A stretch of 64,000 nucleotides of DNA from Eledone cirrhosa (lineage: Eukaryota). The stretch's first letter is position 1; every line of letters starts with the position of its first letter. Positions 1-14,159 of the stretch are shown here, in pieces. A model generated the notes under the pieces. The model searched no databases. It was not told where the DNA came from and worked only from the letters and a program-made list of their open reading frames with translations. A program made the translations under genes and the position numbers. The stretch is taken from the NCBI GenBank assembly GCA_964016885.1, contig OZ024744.1:38068001-38132000 (forward strand), in the 5' to 3' direction.

Positions 1-190
1 GAATAATTGTTTCGATTTTTAGCACAAGGGCAACAATTTCCCCAGTACATTACATGTGTTTTATTTTATCGACCATGTAAGGATGAAAGACAAAGTTAAA
101 CTTGGTGGGTTTCGAACTCAGAACGTTAAGGGCCATAACTCTATGCTGCAAAGCATGGTGTCTGACGCTCTGCCGATACTGCCAATCCAA
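1..190 (-). mobile_element. tRNA-derived SINE, family A
   Basis: Minus strand has B-box-like GAGTTCGAAACC followed by the conserved body (TTTGYCTTTCATCC...GGTCGATAAAATAAA...CTTGTGC..AAA..GAAACAATTATT); the same unit recurs about 10 times in the window. Confidence 0.8.
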
Positions 191-442
191 TACTTGTTCA
201 TGTTTGTTTAAATTTTCACAGAGAGAATTAAGAGGTATTATACCAACATAAAGTTTATCGAAATTATATTAATATACACTGCTGTACACAAACACACACA
301 CACACATATATACACGTACATACACGTGTGTGAGTGTAAACATATATGTACACAGTGTACCTTAATATATATGTATATGTGTGTGTGTCTTTATATATAT
401 ACTTATGTGTGAAAGTAAAGCAGTGTTCAATAATAATAATAA

Positions 443-632
443 AAATAATTGTTTTTACTTTTGGCACAAGGCCAGCAATTACTCAGTATATTACTGGTAC
501 TTTATTTTATCGACCCCGTAAGGATGAAAGGCAAAGTGAACCTCGGCAGGATTTGAACTCAGACCGCAGAGGGACGTAACTATGCTGGAAAGCATGGCGT
601 CCGACCCTCTACCGATACTGACAATCTACCTC
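443..632 (-). mobile_element. tRNA-derived SINE, family A
   Basis: Co-linear diverged copy of 1-190; GAGTTCAAATCC B-box on the minus strand. Confidence 0.8.
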
Positions 633-638
633 CCTGTA

Positions 639-746
639 AAATAATTGTTTCTACTTTTGGCAAAAGGCCAGCAATTATCCAGTTCATTACTGGTAGTTTA
701 TTTTATCGACCCGGTAAAGATGAAAGGCAAAGTTAACCTTGACGGG
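639..746 (-). mobile_element. SINE family A, 5'-truncated, adjoining (TAA)n at about 748-808
   Basis: Same body as 443-550; the tRNA head is absent. Confidence 0.7.
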
Positions 747-812
<66 letters not shown>

Positions 813-1004
813 ATAGCCGAAGTTGCAGCTGCAGTATAACAGATGTCATTCGAAGTATAAGAGGCAGTCGCGAAGTACTCAATGAGTGAGGAATTGATAT
901 ATTTCTATCCAGAGTGAACACAAAATGTTAAAGAATTGTGTCACCAAGAATAAGACGACCAGAAGCATATTGCTACAATAATACAACATCGATATATACA
1001 AACA

Positions 1005-1069
<65 letters not shown>

Positions 1070-1184
1070 AGCTCGCGTGCACAAGCACTCACATATGTGT
1101 AGTGGTATATATGTACGCATGATCGTGTATGTGGATACATGTATACATTTAGGTGTGTCTATATGTCTATATATATATATATAA

Positions 1185-1362
1185 CGAAGGAGGTGTGGTA
1201 AAGAACCAGATGGACCATAACGCACCAGAGTACTCAATACTTAGGGTAGTTGAATGTGTAATAGGAAAATGTTTAACCCCGACGGCTATTTCCGGACTAC
1301 TAGTCCGGAAAAAGCCGTCGAAACGGCTAGAGCTCTGCCGCCGAGGTTAAACATTTTCCTAT
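1185..1362. repeat. Short PLE-terminus-like repeat with nested hairpin; partial copy at 8966-9055
   Basis: CGAAGGA..TGTGGTAA.GAACCAGATGGACCATAACGCACCA shared with 8966; inverted ATAGGAAAATGTTTAACC...GGTTAAACATTTTCCTAT; (TA)n on both sides. Confidence 0.55.
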
Positions 1363-1437
1363 ATATATATATAGATGTGTGTGTGTGTGTGTGTGTATTT
1401 CTTTCTCTCTCCCACTCCCTCTCTCTCTTTCTCTCTC

Positions 1438-1520
<83 letters not shown>

Positions 1521-1864
1521 AATACAGAGAGAGAGAAAGAGAAAGGAATAGAAATCTGGATGGATAGATAGAATGCAAAAGAGCAAGTTGTTCAGACTAA
1601 AAAAAAAAAATATTAAACATTTTTTTTTAAATTTTGATATTAAACGAAATGGTGGAGAAAATGAGAAAAAAGTTGATAATAATAACGAGGGCCGACGTCT
1701 GAATAAGAAACAAGAGAACGTCTGCGGCTTGTTTGATTGAGTCAATTTATCATCGGGATAGATGTGTTATGTATTCACATGCAATCTTCGTAGTTCATAT
1801 GCTGCTGTGCTGTTTTTGTCAATGTTCCTGTTGCTGTTGTTGCTGCTGTAGTTGTTGTCGTCGT

Positions 1865-1925
<61 letters not shown>

Positions 1926-1978
1926 TTTCGTTTAAGGTAGTTTTTGTTTTTGTGCTGTTATTGAAAGACGAACGATCC

Positions 1979-2079
1979 TGACTCACTTACTGAATCAATG
2001 ACTCATTTTGAAACTTGTTGAGAATGAGTCAGCAAAATTTGGCGGGTGCAAAACGAGGCTGCTTTTACGAAATGAATCA
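1979..2079. promoter_or_regulatory. Candidate enhancer: AP-1 / CNC-sMaf (ARE) motif cluster
   Basis: TGACTCA 1979-1985, TGAATCA 1991-1997, ATGACTCAT 1998-2006, ATGAGTCAGCAAAATTT 2024-2040, TGAATCA 2073-2079; a further TGAGTCA at 1738-1744. Confidence 0.45.
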
Positions 2080-2277
2080 AATCTGAAATGTCACTCGCTG
2101 ATTACGTTTGATACGTGCGCGCACGCACACACACACACACATGTTCGCGCCTGAAAACACATTTAAATATGTGTGTATGATGGTGTGATTCTATATATGT
2201 ATATACACTTATATATGAATAGATACATGCGTCATCTATACCTATACCTACATACATACTATATATATATATATATA

Positions 2278-2744
2278 TTTCGTTTCTGAATTTGTTTAGC
2301 AAGATTCTTTATCTGAAAACGTGTGTTGAAACCGATATTGTTATACTTTGGGAGGGTCATGTTGCCAATAAGAAACACAGGCACCAGGTGCTTTCACTTC
2401 AATTTATTATAATAAATTTATAAATTTACGAATTTATAAATTTCCGATTGGTTGGTTGGTTCCACAACCAGATGGTTGTTTATATATTGTCAAAGTTCTT
2501 TCGTCACACATTCTGTGACCTCTTCAGTGACTGGGCATTCTTTTCTTTGTTTTTGTGCCTGGAGGTCACAGAATGTGTGACGAAAGAACTTTGACAATAT
2601 ATAAACAACCATCTGGTTGTGGAACCAACCAACCAACCGGAAATTTATAAATTCGTAAATTTATAAATTTATTATAATAAATTGAAGTCAAACAACTGGT
2701 GCGTGTGTTTCTTATTGGCAACATGACCCTCCCAAAGTATAACA

Positions 2745-2747
<3 letters not shown>
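2278..2747. mobile_element. PLE pseudo-LTR remnant with approx. 185-bp inverted repeat and an HHR-like core
   Basis: Arms approx. 2337-2522 and 2562-2746; minus strand CTGAAGAG-GTCACA..TGTGAC-GAAA at about 2498-2527; (TA)n flanks; related ends at 5407-5534, 12920-12990 and 34305-34395. Confidence 0.7.
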
Positions 2748-2778
<31 letters not shown>

Positions 2779-2858
2779 TTGTATGTATGCATATATATAT
2801 ATATATATATATATATGCATCTATATATATATATTTGTGTGTTATGTATGTATATATG

Positions 2859-2990
<132 letters not shown>

Positions 2991-3014
2991 GTATATATGT
3001 GTGGGGAGTCAGAA

Positions 3015-3135
3015 GGCAAACAGAAATAACAAAGAAAATGACGCAGTACAGTTAAGAAACATTAGTTTTACACTTGATATAATAGGAAAAGAATATTAAC
3101 GTTTCGGACGCTTGTCCTTCATCAGAAAATAAAAT
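3015..3135 (-). ncRNA. PLE end containing a minimal hammerhead ribozyme
   Basis: Minus strand CTGATGA-A-GGAC-AAGC-GTCC-GAAAC-GTT (3098-3125); related copies at about 6425-6452, 9520-9547 and 28123-28147 (+). Confidence 0.65.
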
Positions 3136-3289
3136 GAAAAATTAAAGAAGAAATATATGTATATATGTTTGTATTTATTGTCGTTTTGGTAATAAATTAT
3201 GGTCGCTTTATTCCTGGTGTTACACTTTCTTAAAGTTGCCTTTACTCTGGACGTAAATGTATTAACTTTTCGCATCATGAAGTGCTTTG

Positions 3290-3635
3290 TGACCAGCCCC
3301 GATAATCAAAGACCTCCTTTCGTCACGAATGACCATGTGATTTGCACCTAGAAAGTTTTCCCTCCGAGGCATAAGGTTGTTTAAGGAAAACCAACAGTTA
3401 CCCATGCATACAACCCTCCCTTCTCCACCCACCTATGATGTCCAATGGAAAGGCAATGGTTGATACAGCTTGACACCAGTGACATCACAACTCATTTCTA
3501 CAACTGAGTAAACTGGGGCAACGTGAAATAAAGTGTCTTGCTCAAGGATACAAGGCATTACCCTGTCCGAGAATCGAACTCACAACCTTTCGATTGCAAG
3601 CCCAATACTCTGACCACTAAGCCATGCACCTTCAC
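3290..3635 (-). mobile_element. tRNA-derived SINE, family B
   Basis: Minus strand TGGCTTAGTGG (A box) ... GAGTTCGATTCTC (B box) ... TCCTTGAGCAAGACACTTTATTTCAC core; other copies at 18872-19035 (+), 20190-20290 (-) and 26575-26833 (-). Confidence 0.8.
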
Positions 3636-3959
3636 CCCAATAATATGCGCACACGAATTAGCATAATGCATTGTTTTCTAAATATCCAGGCATTTTTCAT
3701 TTCATCATAAAAATATTTTGGTCACGACTCCATTCTATCTTTGATGACTATAATACAGTGATTGACAATATCAGATTGAAGTCTTGATAGGACTTGAAAG
3801 GATTCAATCAGTTAAATCAATAACCAGAAACGAAAGATGTTCAATCGTGTAGGAGGGAACTCGTAGATTATAGTAAGGGGTGGAGGTTTAAAAGTTACTT
3901 AGGAAACACGTTATTTAGGAAAAGATCTGAACGATATAAAAGATGCTATTTATTAATTA

Positions 3960-4500
3960 CTAGCTGGCGTACCCGGCTTCAGCCGGGTAAATAGATGATA
4001 AGAGAAGAAAGGTAGAAGAAAACTGACTATTACTGGTTTACAGTATGAGCCGAGACAGTGGTGTGTTAGAAAAAAATAAACAGTAAAAAATCTTCCAGAT
4101 ACACCAGATTCTTCGTTTTACCATTCGTGGATAGTATATGAAGATTTCTGGGTCTTTCCACTCGTGAACAACCTACATATAACTGTTCATGGCTAAAAGC
4201 CGATTCTCTTGTATTTACTTCTACAACTTTGATACTCTGAACCTGAGCTTTATTTATGGTCATAACAAAACTGGCTCTAACAGGGAACAGAAATCTTGAT
4301 AATTAGAACAGCAGCTCAGTAGAGAAAGGGATGAGAGGAATCTTGGGAATAAATGTATTTTCTCCTTGATGATTACCTCCAAAAATAGTGACCTCTAGGA
4401 GATAGTTCACCATGTGCCTGACTGTTAAGTGTATATACTATTGCATATATGTGGCTAGTCCAGGTTTCTTAAAAGGATGATAGGGAGTTCCAATCTTTTA
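3960..4500 (-). mobile_element. Helitron 3' end with decayed Pif1-family helicase C-terminus
   Basis: Translation IILLRNLD*PHICN..FIPKIPLIP..FPVRASFVMTINKAQVQS..FSHEQLYVGCSRV..NGKTKNLVY matches the Helitron RepHel helicase; subterminal hairpin TACCCGGC-TTCA-GCCGGGTA at 3970-3989; terminal CTAG at 3963-3960 followed by T. Confidence 0.9.
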
Positions 4501-5360
4501 TATGTAGATATAGATATATAGATATAGATAATTGTATATAAATATGTGTGTGTGAGTGTGTGCGTGCGCATGTGGGTGTATGTGTGTATGTGTGTGTGTG
4601 AGTATGTGTAAGTTAGCGTCCGAATCATGTGTTTAGTTCTCTGTGAATCTGGTTAAGTATTTACGTGAAGATGTGCATGTAACTTACTAAGACGTAACAT
4701 ACGTAACAGACTCACAAACACACATGAACACACTCAAAGACATATACACACTCATATACAAAATGTGACGTACTCGTCGTGTTATAAAATATCCGTTTAC
4801 TTTATAAAGTAGTTTTTATTGTTTTATTTATTTATTGTGTGTAAAAGGGAAGTTGTCTATAGTATATTATTTTAGATAAACATGTTATGTTGTTTTAATC
4901 CAAATGAAAATAAAATTATATGTTCACACTCCCGCGGTCTAATATACTGTAGAATTTAATTTGATTTGGTCAAGATGTCTCGGAATGCATCAGGAAGAGA
5001 TAGACAGGCAGAGAGAGACAAATAATTTTATATAGAGAGATATGTTCATTATTTTTAGATCATTCCATACAACAAGTATGGTAAAACACCTGATATATTG
5101 ATGGGGTAGTTGTTAGAACATGACTGAATCTAATATGACTTCCACGTGTGTTGTCTGCCTTTGACAGATCTGTGTAAATATGTGAGGTTTGAAGAACCTT
5201 GATGCAGCTCTCATATATTCCTAGATTGTAACACGAGATTCTTGCGCCTGATGAGGGAGGCCAGTCTTTGAACTGCGACATCATTATATGCTGGTATTTT
5301 TAACTGGACCCTGAAACCGAAGGTAGCGAAGACATGTTATGAACAATTAATAAAAACTAT

Positions 5361-5409
<49 letters not shown>

Positions 5410-5528
5410 CGTTTCTGAATTTGTTTAGCAAGATTCTTTATCTGAAATCGTGTGTTGAAACCGATATTGTTACACTTTGGGAGGGTGATGCTGCGTTTCT
5501 TATTGGCAACATGACCCTCCCAAAGTGT

Positions 5529-5650
<122 letters not shown>

Positions 5651-5666
5651 TATATATATATGTATG

Positions 5667-5759
<93 letters not shown>

Positions 5760-5990
5760 GGTGTGGGATTCTTAGGCCGTTTGAGCACTCTATGCTCTTA
5801 CAGAGCAGAGTATAATATCATATTTGGAAACTCTGCTTCGAGAGATTGAGACGTATCTGAAGAACTTGCGATTTCAGAGTGAGGTTCGTTCATTACATCA
5901 ATCGTGCCTCGAAGTGGTCGCCAGGGAAACGATTGTAATATGACTAATACATTTTATTCGTCGCAACACTGATTCTCCGCTTCTTATGTG

Positions 5991-6065
<75 letters not shown>

Positions 6066-6083
6066 TATATATATATATATATA

Positions 6084-6283
6084 TTAGAAAGTGAGGTTTT
6101 TTTTACAAAATGAAAAATAACCGAGGTGTCCTACACGAGTGGAAGTATAAAGAAAAAGGGATGAAATCGAAAATGCAACTGAAAAAAGCAGAAGAACTGC
6201 GAAACCGGTAAAGGAACCAAATAAATATATATATTTTTTTAAAAAATAAGACTTCAGTTGCATTTTCGATTTCATCCCTTTTT

Positions 6284-6290
<7 letters not shown>
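6084..6290. repeat. PLE-terminus-like repeat; copies at 8692-8910 and 39172-39246 (-)
   Basis: TTAGAAAGTGAGGTTTTTT..ACAAAATGAAAAATAACCGAGGTGTCCTACA shared; degenerate HHR-like CTGAAAA..GCAG..CTGC-GAAAC; internal inversion; (TA)n flanks. Confidence 0.6.
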
Positions 6291-6350
<60 letters not shown>

Positions 6351-6644
6351 AAGAAAGTAAATGGAAACAACACAGTACAATGAAGAAAAATAGTTTAACG
6401 CTTGATATAATAGGAAAAGAGTATTAACGTTCAGGACACTAGTCCTTCATCAGAAAATATAAAGAGAAATAAACTTGAAAAAGAAAGATAGAGAATGAGT
6501 AGAAATAGGAACGGAAAAACAATTGAGAAAAATCGCGTGTGTTCAATTAGGTGTGTGTGTGAGTGTGTGTGCGCGCGTGTGTGTACATGTATGAACCTAT
6601 GACAAAACAAACTATTTTTTTAATACACACACACACATATATAT

Positions 6645-6922
6645 CTAGCCAACTCCACTTCTTTATCTAGCTACGTACATTTCTTTATCTAGCTACGTAC
6701 ACTCTCTGAAAACTAGGAATAGACCATTTACACTGCAATGGGAAGTAGTAGGTAGGGCCTACATCGTATAAACCACCGAATAAATTGTGTAATCTCTGTC
6801 TTCTAGAGACCCATACTATAATTTTTTCGAAACTAGACCTCCTTAATAGAAAGTCAGAGACATTTTCCTCGTGCCAACACCAATACCGTCACTCTTTCCA
6901 TAACTTTCAACCTAGCTGTTAG
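6645..6922 (+). pseudogene. PLE GIY-YIG endonuclease C-terminal remnant, followed by long AT-rich probable 3' UTR
   Basis: SSYVHSLKTRNRPFTLQWEVVGRA..YKPPNKLCNLCLLE..LLNRKSETFSSCQHQ parallels the C-terminus of the ORF at 35860-36384. Confidence 0.7.
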
Positions 6923-8632
6923 TATATATCAATGTCAGATTTGAATTCTCCACCACCATTAACACTTCACATCTAGGACTTATCAGCCCCCACAACTACA
7001 CACTCTTTGATCAGCTCTTTCCTCTACACAACTCCTATTTATCTCTAACCTTATACTCTGCAATAACTGTTAGAATTAAACATAAAGTTACCACCTTTTG
7101 ATATAACTACTATAGCTTAATTATATTATATACAGTAATGGATATTTAATATGTAGAGACATGTAATGTAATATGTAATAATAAACTATATATACATTTA
7201 TAATTATATAATTAAATATTTAAATTAATAACATGTATATAAGGGATCTACCTTTAACACAATATAATAATAATAAAGTATATATACATTTATAATTAAA
7301 TATATAATGTAATAGCATTCTATATAAGAGATTAACTTTTAAAACAATAATGTATATTATTACACAAATGATATATCTATTTGGACATATAAACAGCTAT
7401 GTAATTTTCCATAACATATATCTTGTCCAGTAATGAATAGATAACAATCTTAAGGGACCTTTAATGTATTATAGTAAAATACACTGTATTTAAAATCAAG
7501 TATAAATATATAGCATTACGTAATAGAGATTCAATTGTATCACATTATAATGTGTATTAGAGCAAAGAATTTAAATAACTGAATTTAATTAGCTAGTTAC
7601 ATCCCCCTCCCTTACGCATTAGCTCCCCTCACTTCCGGAAATAAACCGTTGGAAAATCTACCTGTTGAACAACTATAGTCCATCAATAAGAATACAATAA
7701 GACTAATTTACAATCCATTGCTTTAACTAACTTAAAACATTCAATATAAACATTAACTAAAATATAATTCAACATATGTAATGGAAGAGACTGAAATAAC
7801 TTTGTTTTTCTCAACACACACAAATTCAAACACTATCAACATATTACATCCACCAAAGATTTTAATACATTAACATATTTGCTTAAAATACAGTATTTAT
7901 TTATCTATACATGCATAATACCTTTGCTTATTTCCTTCGCATATATATGACTAACGCATGTGCACTTTCTACACGCTGCATATTTCTTTCTCAAAGCTCC
8001 TTTCTCAATGCGTCTTTAATTATTAGACTATTCTCTTGTATTATTTGTTGCATGTATTCCACTCTGTGCTTTTAATTTGAATTTGAATTTTTGTACAATT
8101 CTCGTAAAATATATGTCACATCTATTCCACCCTGTATACATAATAAATGTATATGTATATATACAAACACACATATACAAGCAAATACTCACGCACATAT
8201 GTATACTCACACATTCACACATACGTATATGTGCGCCTACATGCACATACAAACACGCACATATTCATGCGTGCCTACACTCACACATTCGCACACACAC
8301 GCACACATGTACATACACATACCCATACCCATAAATATTTATTATTTTCCACTTTACATTATGTCCGTTATTTTATTTCAGCCTCGCTTTCAATTGTTCT
8401 AGACTTTGTTTTGAAATCCGTATCTCACTTCCATTTTAAATAAAATTTCATTTCGACGATTGAAATCAGACGTTTGTGTCAGGCTCGTCTGTCTTCGTGA
8501 AGCCTTTGGAAAATGAAATAATTATCTCATGTTGTTTATTACATAACTAAAAACCTATGTAGCCTACATAAAGCACTCGCTTTTTCTTTACCTTTCCTAC
8601 GGAAACACTTCATATATAATATACATTTATTG

Positions 8633-8698
<66 letters not shown>

Positions 8699-8906
8699 GT
8701 GAGGTTTTTTACAAAATGAAAAATAACCGAGGTGTCCTACATAAGTGAAATTATAAAGAAAAAAATATGAAATCAAAAATGCAACTGGAGTCTTATTTAT
8801 TTAAAAATATATATATTTATTTGGTTCCTTTACCGGTTTCGCAGTTCTTCTGCTTTTCAAAAGTAGAGTTGAGATGGAGGATCTGTGGTTTTTCTCACAT
8901 TTTTCT

Positions 8907-8965
<59 letters not shown>

Positions 8966-9155
8966 CGAAGGAAATGTGGTAAGGAACCAGATGGACCATA
9001 ACGCACCAAAGTACTCAATACTTAGGGTAGTAGAGTGGGTAATAGGAACAAGTAGGACCCCGATGGCTGAGCTCAAATCGTTTCGACGGTTGCTTGGATG
9101 CGTCCATAGGTGGTATGCCAGTTGAGAACTCTATGATCCTTGGGAGCAGAGTATA

Positions 9156-9330
9156 ATAATTGTTTCTACTTTTGGTACAAGGCCAGCAATTTACCGGTAC
9201 ATTACTAGTATTTTATTTCATCGACCCCGTAAGGATGAAAGGCAAAGTCAACCTCGGCGGGATTTGAACTCAGTTCGTAAAGGGACGTCACTATGCTGGA
9301 AAGCATGTCCGACCCTCTACCAATTTTGCC
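9156..9330 (-). mobile_element. SINE family A
   Basis: Co-linear with 443-632. Confidence 0.8.
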
Positions 9331-9429
9331 AGGAGTATAATAATGCCTGTCTATGTGTGAGCACACGTGTGTGTGTGTGGGGGGGGGGGGTGTATGTCTC
9401 GGGCAACGGGTAAGGTAGATATATGTATG

Positions 9430-10315
9430 TAAAAGGTAAACAGAAATAACAACACAATCAGTACAGTATATGGAAAGGATATATTACGTTAACGCTTGAC
9501 ATAGCAGGAAGAGGGTCTTAACGTTTCGGACGTTAGTCCATAATCAGCAGAAAGAATGAGAAATAAGATAGATTGAAGGGACAGGCGGGATGGAATTGGA
9601 AAAAATGTCTTTAGATAAAAATAACAGGTCCATTCATGTTGACATCTCTTGCAAAACTGTTGGTGCTGGCGTTTTGTGTATGATTTATTTTTTTAGAAAA
9701 GTGGATGAGGGAGCGAGTCTACCGGAAATGGAGAAAAAAAAACCGTTTCGTAAAAAGAGCTATACTTGAGCACGTGTGTAAGCATGTGTGTGTGTGTGTG
9801 TGTTATTATAGTTCGTACGAAGCTAAGAAGAAATGTGTGTATATGTGAGTAAAAGAGTGTGTGTACATGTAAGTTCGAAGCTATGAGCAAATAAATGTTA
9901 ATATAAGGGTGTGTATGTGTGTATACAGAGCAGTGAAGAAAAGTGGAGTGAGCATATATAGTCGGCATGTATTAGTTGCAAGAGAAGCTACTAATGATCA
10001 AGGGAAAGCGATAGGACTCTAGGGGTGTGATAATGGACAGGGTATTAGAGAAATTGGAGAGGTGAGTTGAGTCCAAGAGGGGAATAGGACCCAAGGCGGT
10101 GAATCAGACTTTGTTCAGTCCTGGTGCGCGAGGCCTGTGATCCATGATGTTAAAGGACACCCAGGACTGAAACATGTAGGGAAGAATGACCAGGAGAAGA
10201 GAAATGACGGGCGACAGGAATATCCAAATAGTGTCGTAAGTTCCTCAAATGTTCAGCAAAACGGTCCGCCATACGGCGTCCCATTTGTCCGATATATAAA
10301 GACCCGCAAAGGTAA
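9430..10315 (-). mobile_element. PLE 3' remnant (GIY-YIG plus pseudo-LTR)
   Basis: Minus strand LCGSLYIGQMGRRMADRFAEHLRNL (about 10235-10310) and EQSLIHRLGSYSPLGLN; degenerate HHR at 9520-9547. Confidence 0.75.
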
Positions 10316-10321
10316 CACACA

Positions 10322-10454
<133 letters not shown>

Positions 10455-10620
10455 GGATTAACAAATAATAGTTAAATGCAGTCCACTTAGGTGAAGTCCA
10501 GTTATGGTATTCCAGGTAGTGGATGATATTAACGCTTGGCTTGGTTTGACTCAACAACGCGTTTTCATAGTGATGCTGCGGGTATGCTGTAATTCCTATG
10601 TTGTAAACACTTGGAGTAAT

Positions 10621-12247
10621 AATAAATCAGGAAAGAAGGTTTACATGGTTTGCTATACAAAAAAGTTTTTAATCACATAGCTTACATTTGTTTCACTGAG
10701 CTGGTATGTCTAGAGATCGCTATCCGCCTAATTTTGCGTCACTCGATCGCCAATACAGAATTATAACCAGTCAGATCTTCGGAGCATGCGAGAATGAATA
10801 AAATACACAGGCAAGAAAATAAAAGAAAATATGGAGTAGTTATGGCATTCAATTAGAACAATAACAACAACAATTATTACAACAATGCTATCAATAAACT
10901 ATTTAAGGAGACCCTGACATTACTTAGGTGGGGGGTATATAATGTATCTAATGTTACGGCGTGAAAATCAGCTGTCATAAGGCAAAAAGTATCGTAGTGT
11001 GTATCAATTTTAAATTATAAAGATAAGCTAGTTTTTACAGTCTTTCTCTTCATCTTCAACAGTATACATGAGTGGGACCACTGTCAAAGCTCAATAGTTG
11101 TAGAGTTAATACAGAGGTTAACGAATTAATATACGCACACACACACACACACACACATATATATAAATATAAATATATATACACATATATGTGTACATAG
11201 ACACATACATACACATTAATATACACTCGTACAAAAATATACATACATGCGGGCTGTGTGATCTTGAGCTATTGTATATCCTTAGAAATGTTAAAAGGCT
11301 ACTTAATAATAAGTTAGAAAGATCTATCTTCTGCAGACATAGAATAGCCACTAAATTCATAAGATTCAAACCTCCGTGAATCGAACCAACATAACATAGC
11401 TTTAAATTAGGATACCTACTACCCACAGAAATATATTCATTAAGTATACTATTTCCTTCACAAGTCTATACCACACAATAGTCTGTAAATACCTCATCTA
11501 CCAACAATCTTACTCCTTCTCAGCTGCTGCAATCTTTTGATCCTAGATCCTAGTTTTTCTCATTTCACTACTACAATGTTACTTTACCTTCTTTTTGCCA
11601 TAACTACAATTAGCACGCTTTTCTCTTTGCATGTATGTATATTTGTGTACGAGTGTATATTAATGTGTATGTATGTGTCTATGTACACATATATGTGTAT
11701 ATATATTTATATTTATATATATGTGTGTGTGTGCGTATATTAATTCGTTAACCTCTGTATTAACTCTTCAACTATTGAGCTTTGACAGTGGTCCCACTCA
11801 TGTATACTGTTGAAGATGAAGAGAAAGACTGTAAAAACTAGCTTATCTTTATAATTTAAAATTGATACACACTACGATACTTTTTGCCTTATGACAGCTG
11901 GTTTTCACGCCGTAATATTAGATACATTATATACCCCCCACCTAAGTAATGTCAGGGTCTCCTTAAATAGTTTATTGATGGCATTGTTGTAATAATTGTT
12001 GTTGTTATTGTTCTAATTGAATGCCATAACTACTCCATATTTTCTTTTATTTTCTTGCCTGTGTATTTTATTCATTCTCGCATGCTCCGAAGATCTGACT
12101 GGTTATAATTCTGTATTGGCGATCGAGTGACGCAAAATTAGGCGGATAGCGATCTCTAGACATACCAGCTCAGTGAAACAAATGTAAGCTATGTGATTAA
12201 AAACTTTTTTGTATAGCAAACCATGTAAACCTTCTTTCCTGATTTAT
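10621..12247 (+). mobile_element. 5'-truncated PLE with approx. 625-bp inverted pseudo-LTR
   Basis: Near-perfect inverted arms approx. 10621-11250 and 11629-12247; the spacer encodes CGLCDLELLYILRNVKRLLNNKLERSIFCRHRIATKFIRFKPP* (GIY-YIG C-terminus); HHR-like motif in each arm. Confidence 0.85.
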
Positions 12248-12558
12248 ATATATATATATATACAATTGATATTAAATAAATGAAAACTATATTTATAAAA
12301 CCATATTTATTCTATTATATATATTTCAAGGGATCCAAGAATTTTGGTACGCTATCATTAGATAAAATAGAAAATGTTTTATAAATATTTGACATGACCA
12401 AGGATGATTTACCTTAACGGTTCAAGTTATCCCTGGAAAGGGAAGGGAAGAGAGGAGAAAAGTCAGATATTTAAAATTATTAATATGATTATGCAAATGT
12501 GTGTATATTAGAGGGCTGAAAAAAACGTTATTTTAGACGCTATGGAAAATTTAAATAT

Positions 12559-12618
<60 letters not shown>

Positions 12619-12864
12619 GAGGTTATATTTAATTTGTTGGGATTCAACAAGCTTAAACATTTTTATAACTTATATAAAGCACTCAACAGTTTGTGGAGTA
12701 AATATACAATATACAATATATTTTCCAGTTATGTCAATATTTATTTATAAAACAAATCTGTATTTTATGTTATTTGATGAAAGCGCACCATAATTTACCT
12801 TGGTCGCCCTTGAAATATATATAATAAAATAATTATGGTTTTATAAATATAGTTCCCATATATA

Positions 12865-12922
<58 letters not shown>

Positions 12923-12986
12923 TTCGTTTTTGAATTTGTTTAGCAAGTTGAAACCGTTGGCAACATGACCCTCCCAAAGCATAACA

Positions 12987-13143
<157 letters not shown>

Positions 13144-13160
13144 TATAAAATTAAATATCT

Positions 13161-13205
<45 letters not shown>

Positions 13206-13878
13206 GTATATATATATGTGTGTGTGTGTATCTATCTATCTATCTATCTCTCTCTCTCTCTATATATATATATATAGTAGAATAATCGAGTATCGAAAAA
13301 TCGGCGCACGAGTTCACGATAAACAAAATTCGAGATGAGCGGCAGAGGGCTCTATAATTCAAATAAATTAGAGCTCTAACTATCGTTAAATACCGTCACA
13401 TGTAGAATATGTCTACAATCAACCAAATAACCGATAAGTTCGATATGGAAGATTCGGGACACTCAGATAAATTATCAATAAATCAATAAATGAAATGAAT
13501 GTAAAATGCATACCCGGACCCACTAGAGAGATGGAATATCTAGCTTCTTGGGTTTCTGTAAATCCTTAAACCGTCATCTATCAGCTCATATAAAAATATA
13601 AGACTTACAGATGCCGGGGGACTGGAGTTACTTTATCAACGAGCTTCGTCCGAATGGATAGAAAGACAAGACCCATGCTAAAACTACGCACATGGATTTC
13701 AGCAAGGGAGATAACCTTTATATCCGCAAAAAAAATATTCGGAAAAGTGTGGCAAAAAACACATATCGAATAAGAGTGCTCAATAGACATGTTAAAATAA
13801 ACAGGGGCTATTCATCATTTAATAGAATCGACAAAAAATGAACAATAAAATTAACTGGTCAATAGCTAAGTCTAGAGC

Positions 13879-13952
<74 letters not shown>

Positions 13953-14159
13953 TGAGAAAGACAGAGAGAGAGAAAGGGGAGGGGGGAGAGAGAGAGTGAG
14001 AAAGACAGAGAGAGAGAGGGGGGGGGAGGATGACAGTGAGAGAAAGAAAGAGAGAGGCAGAGACAGAAAGAAAAATCAATAGTCCTTAAGCAGAAAAAAA
14101 GACAAGTTGGTAGCCAGCGTCCGCCCGATGTTGATAATCTTTCTGCATTATAGTGTAGT

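Noticed and set aside
3560-3635. tRNA-like sequences (also about 26760-26833 and 18872-18930)
   Set aside because: SINE heads lacking a proper acceptor stem and followed by SINE bodies
13560-13790. Possible minus-strand exon ending at GTAAGT near 13609
   Set aside because: No recognisable protein or good acceptor; lies between (TA)n tracts like the other PLE-type remnants
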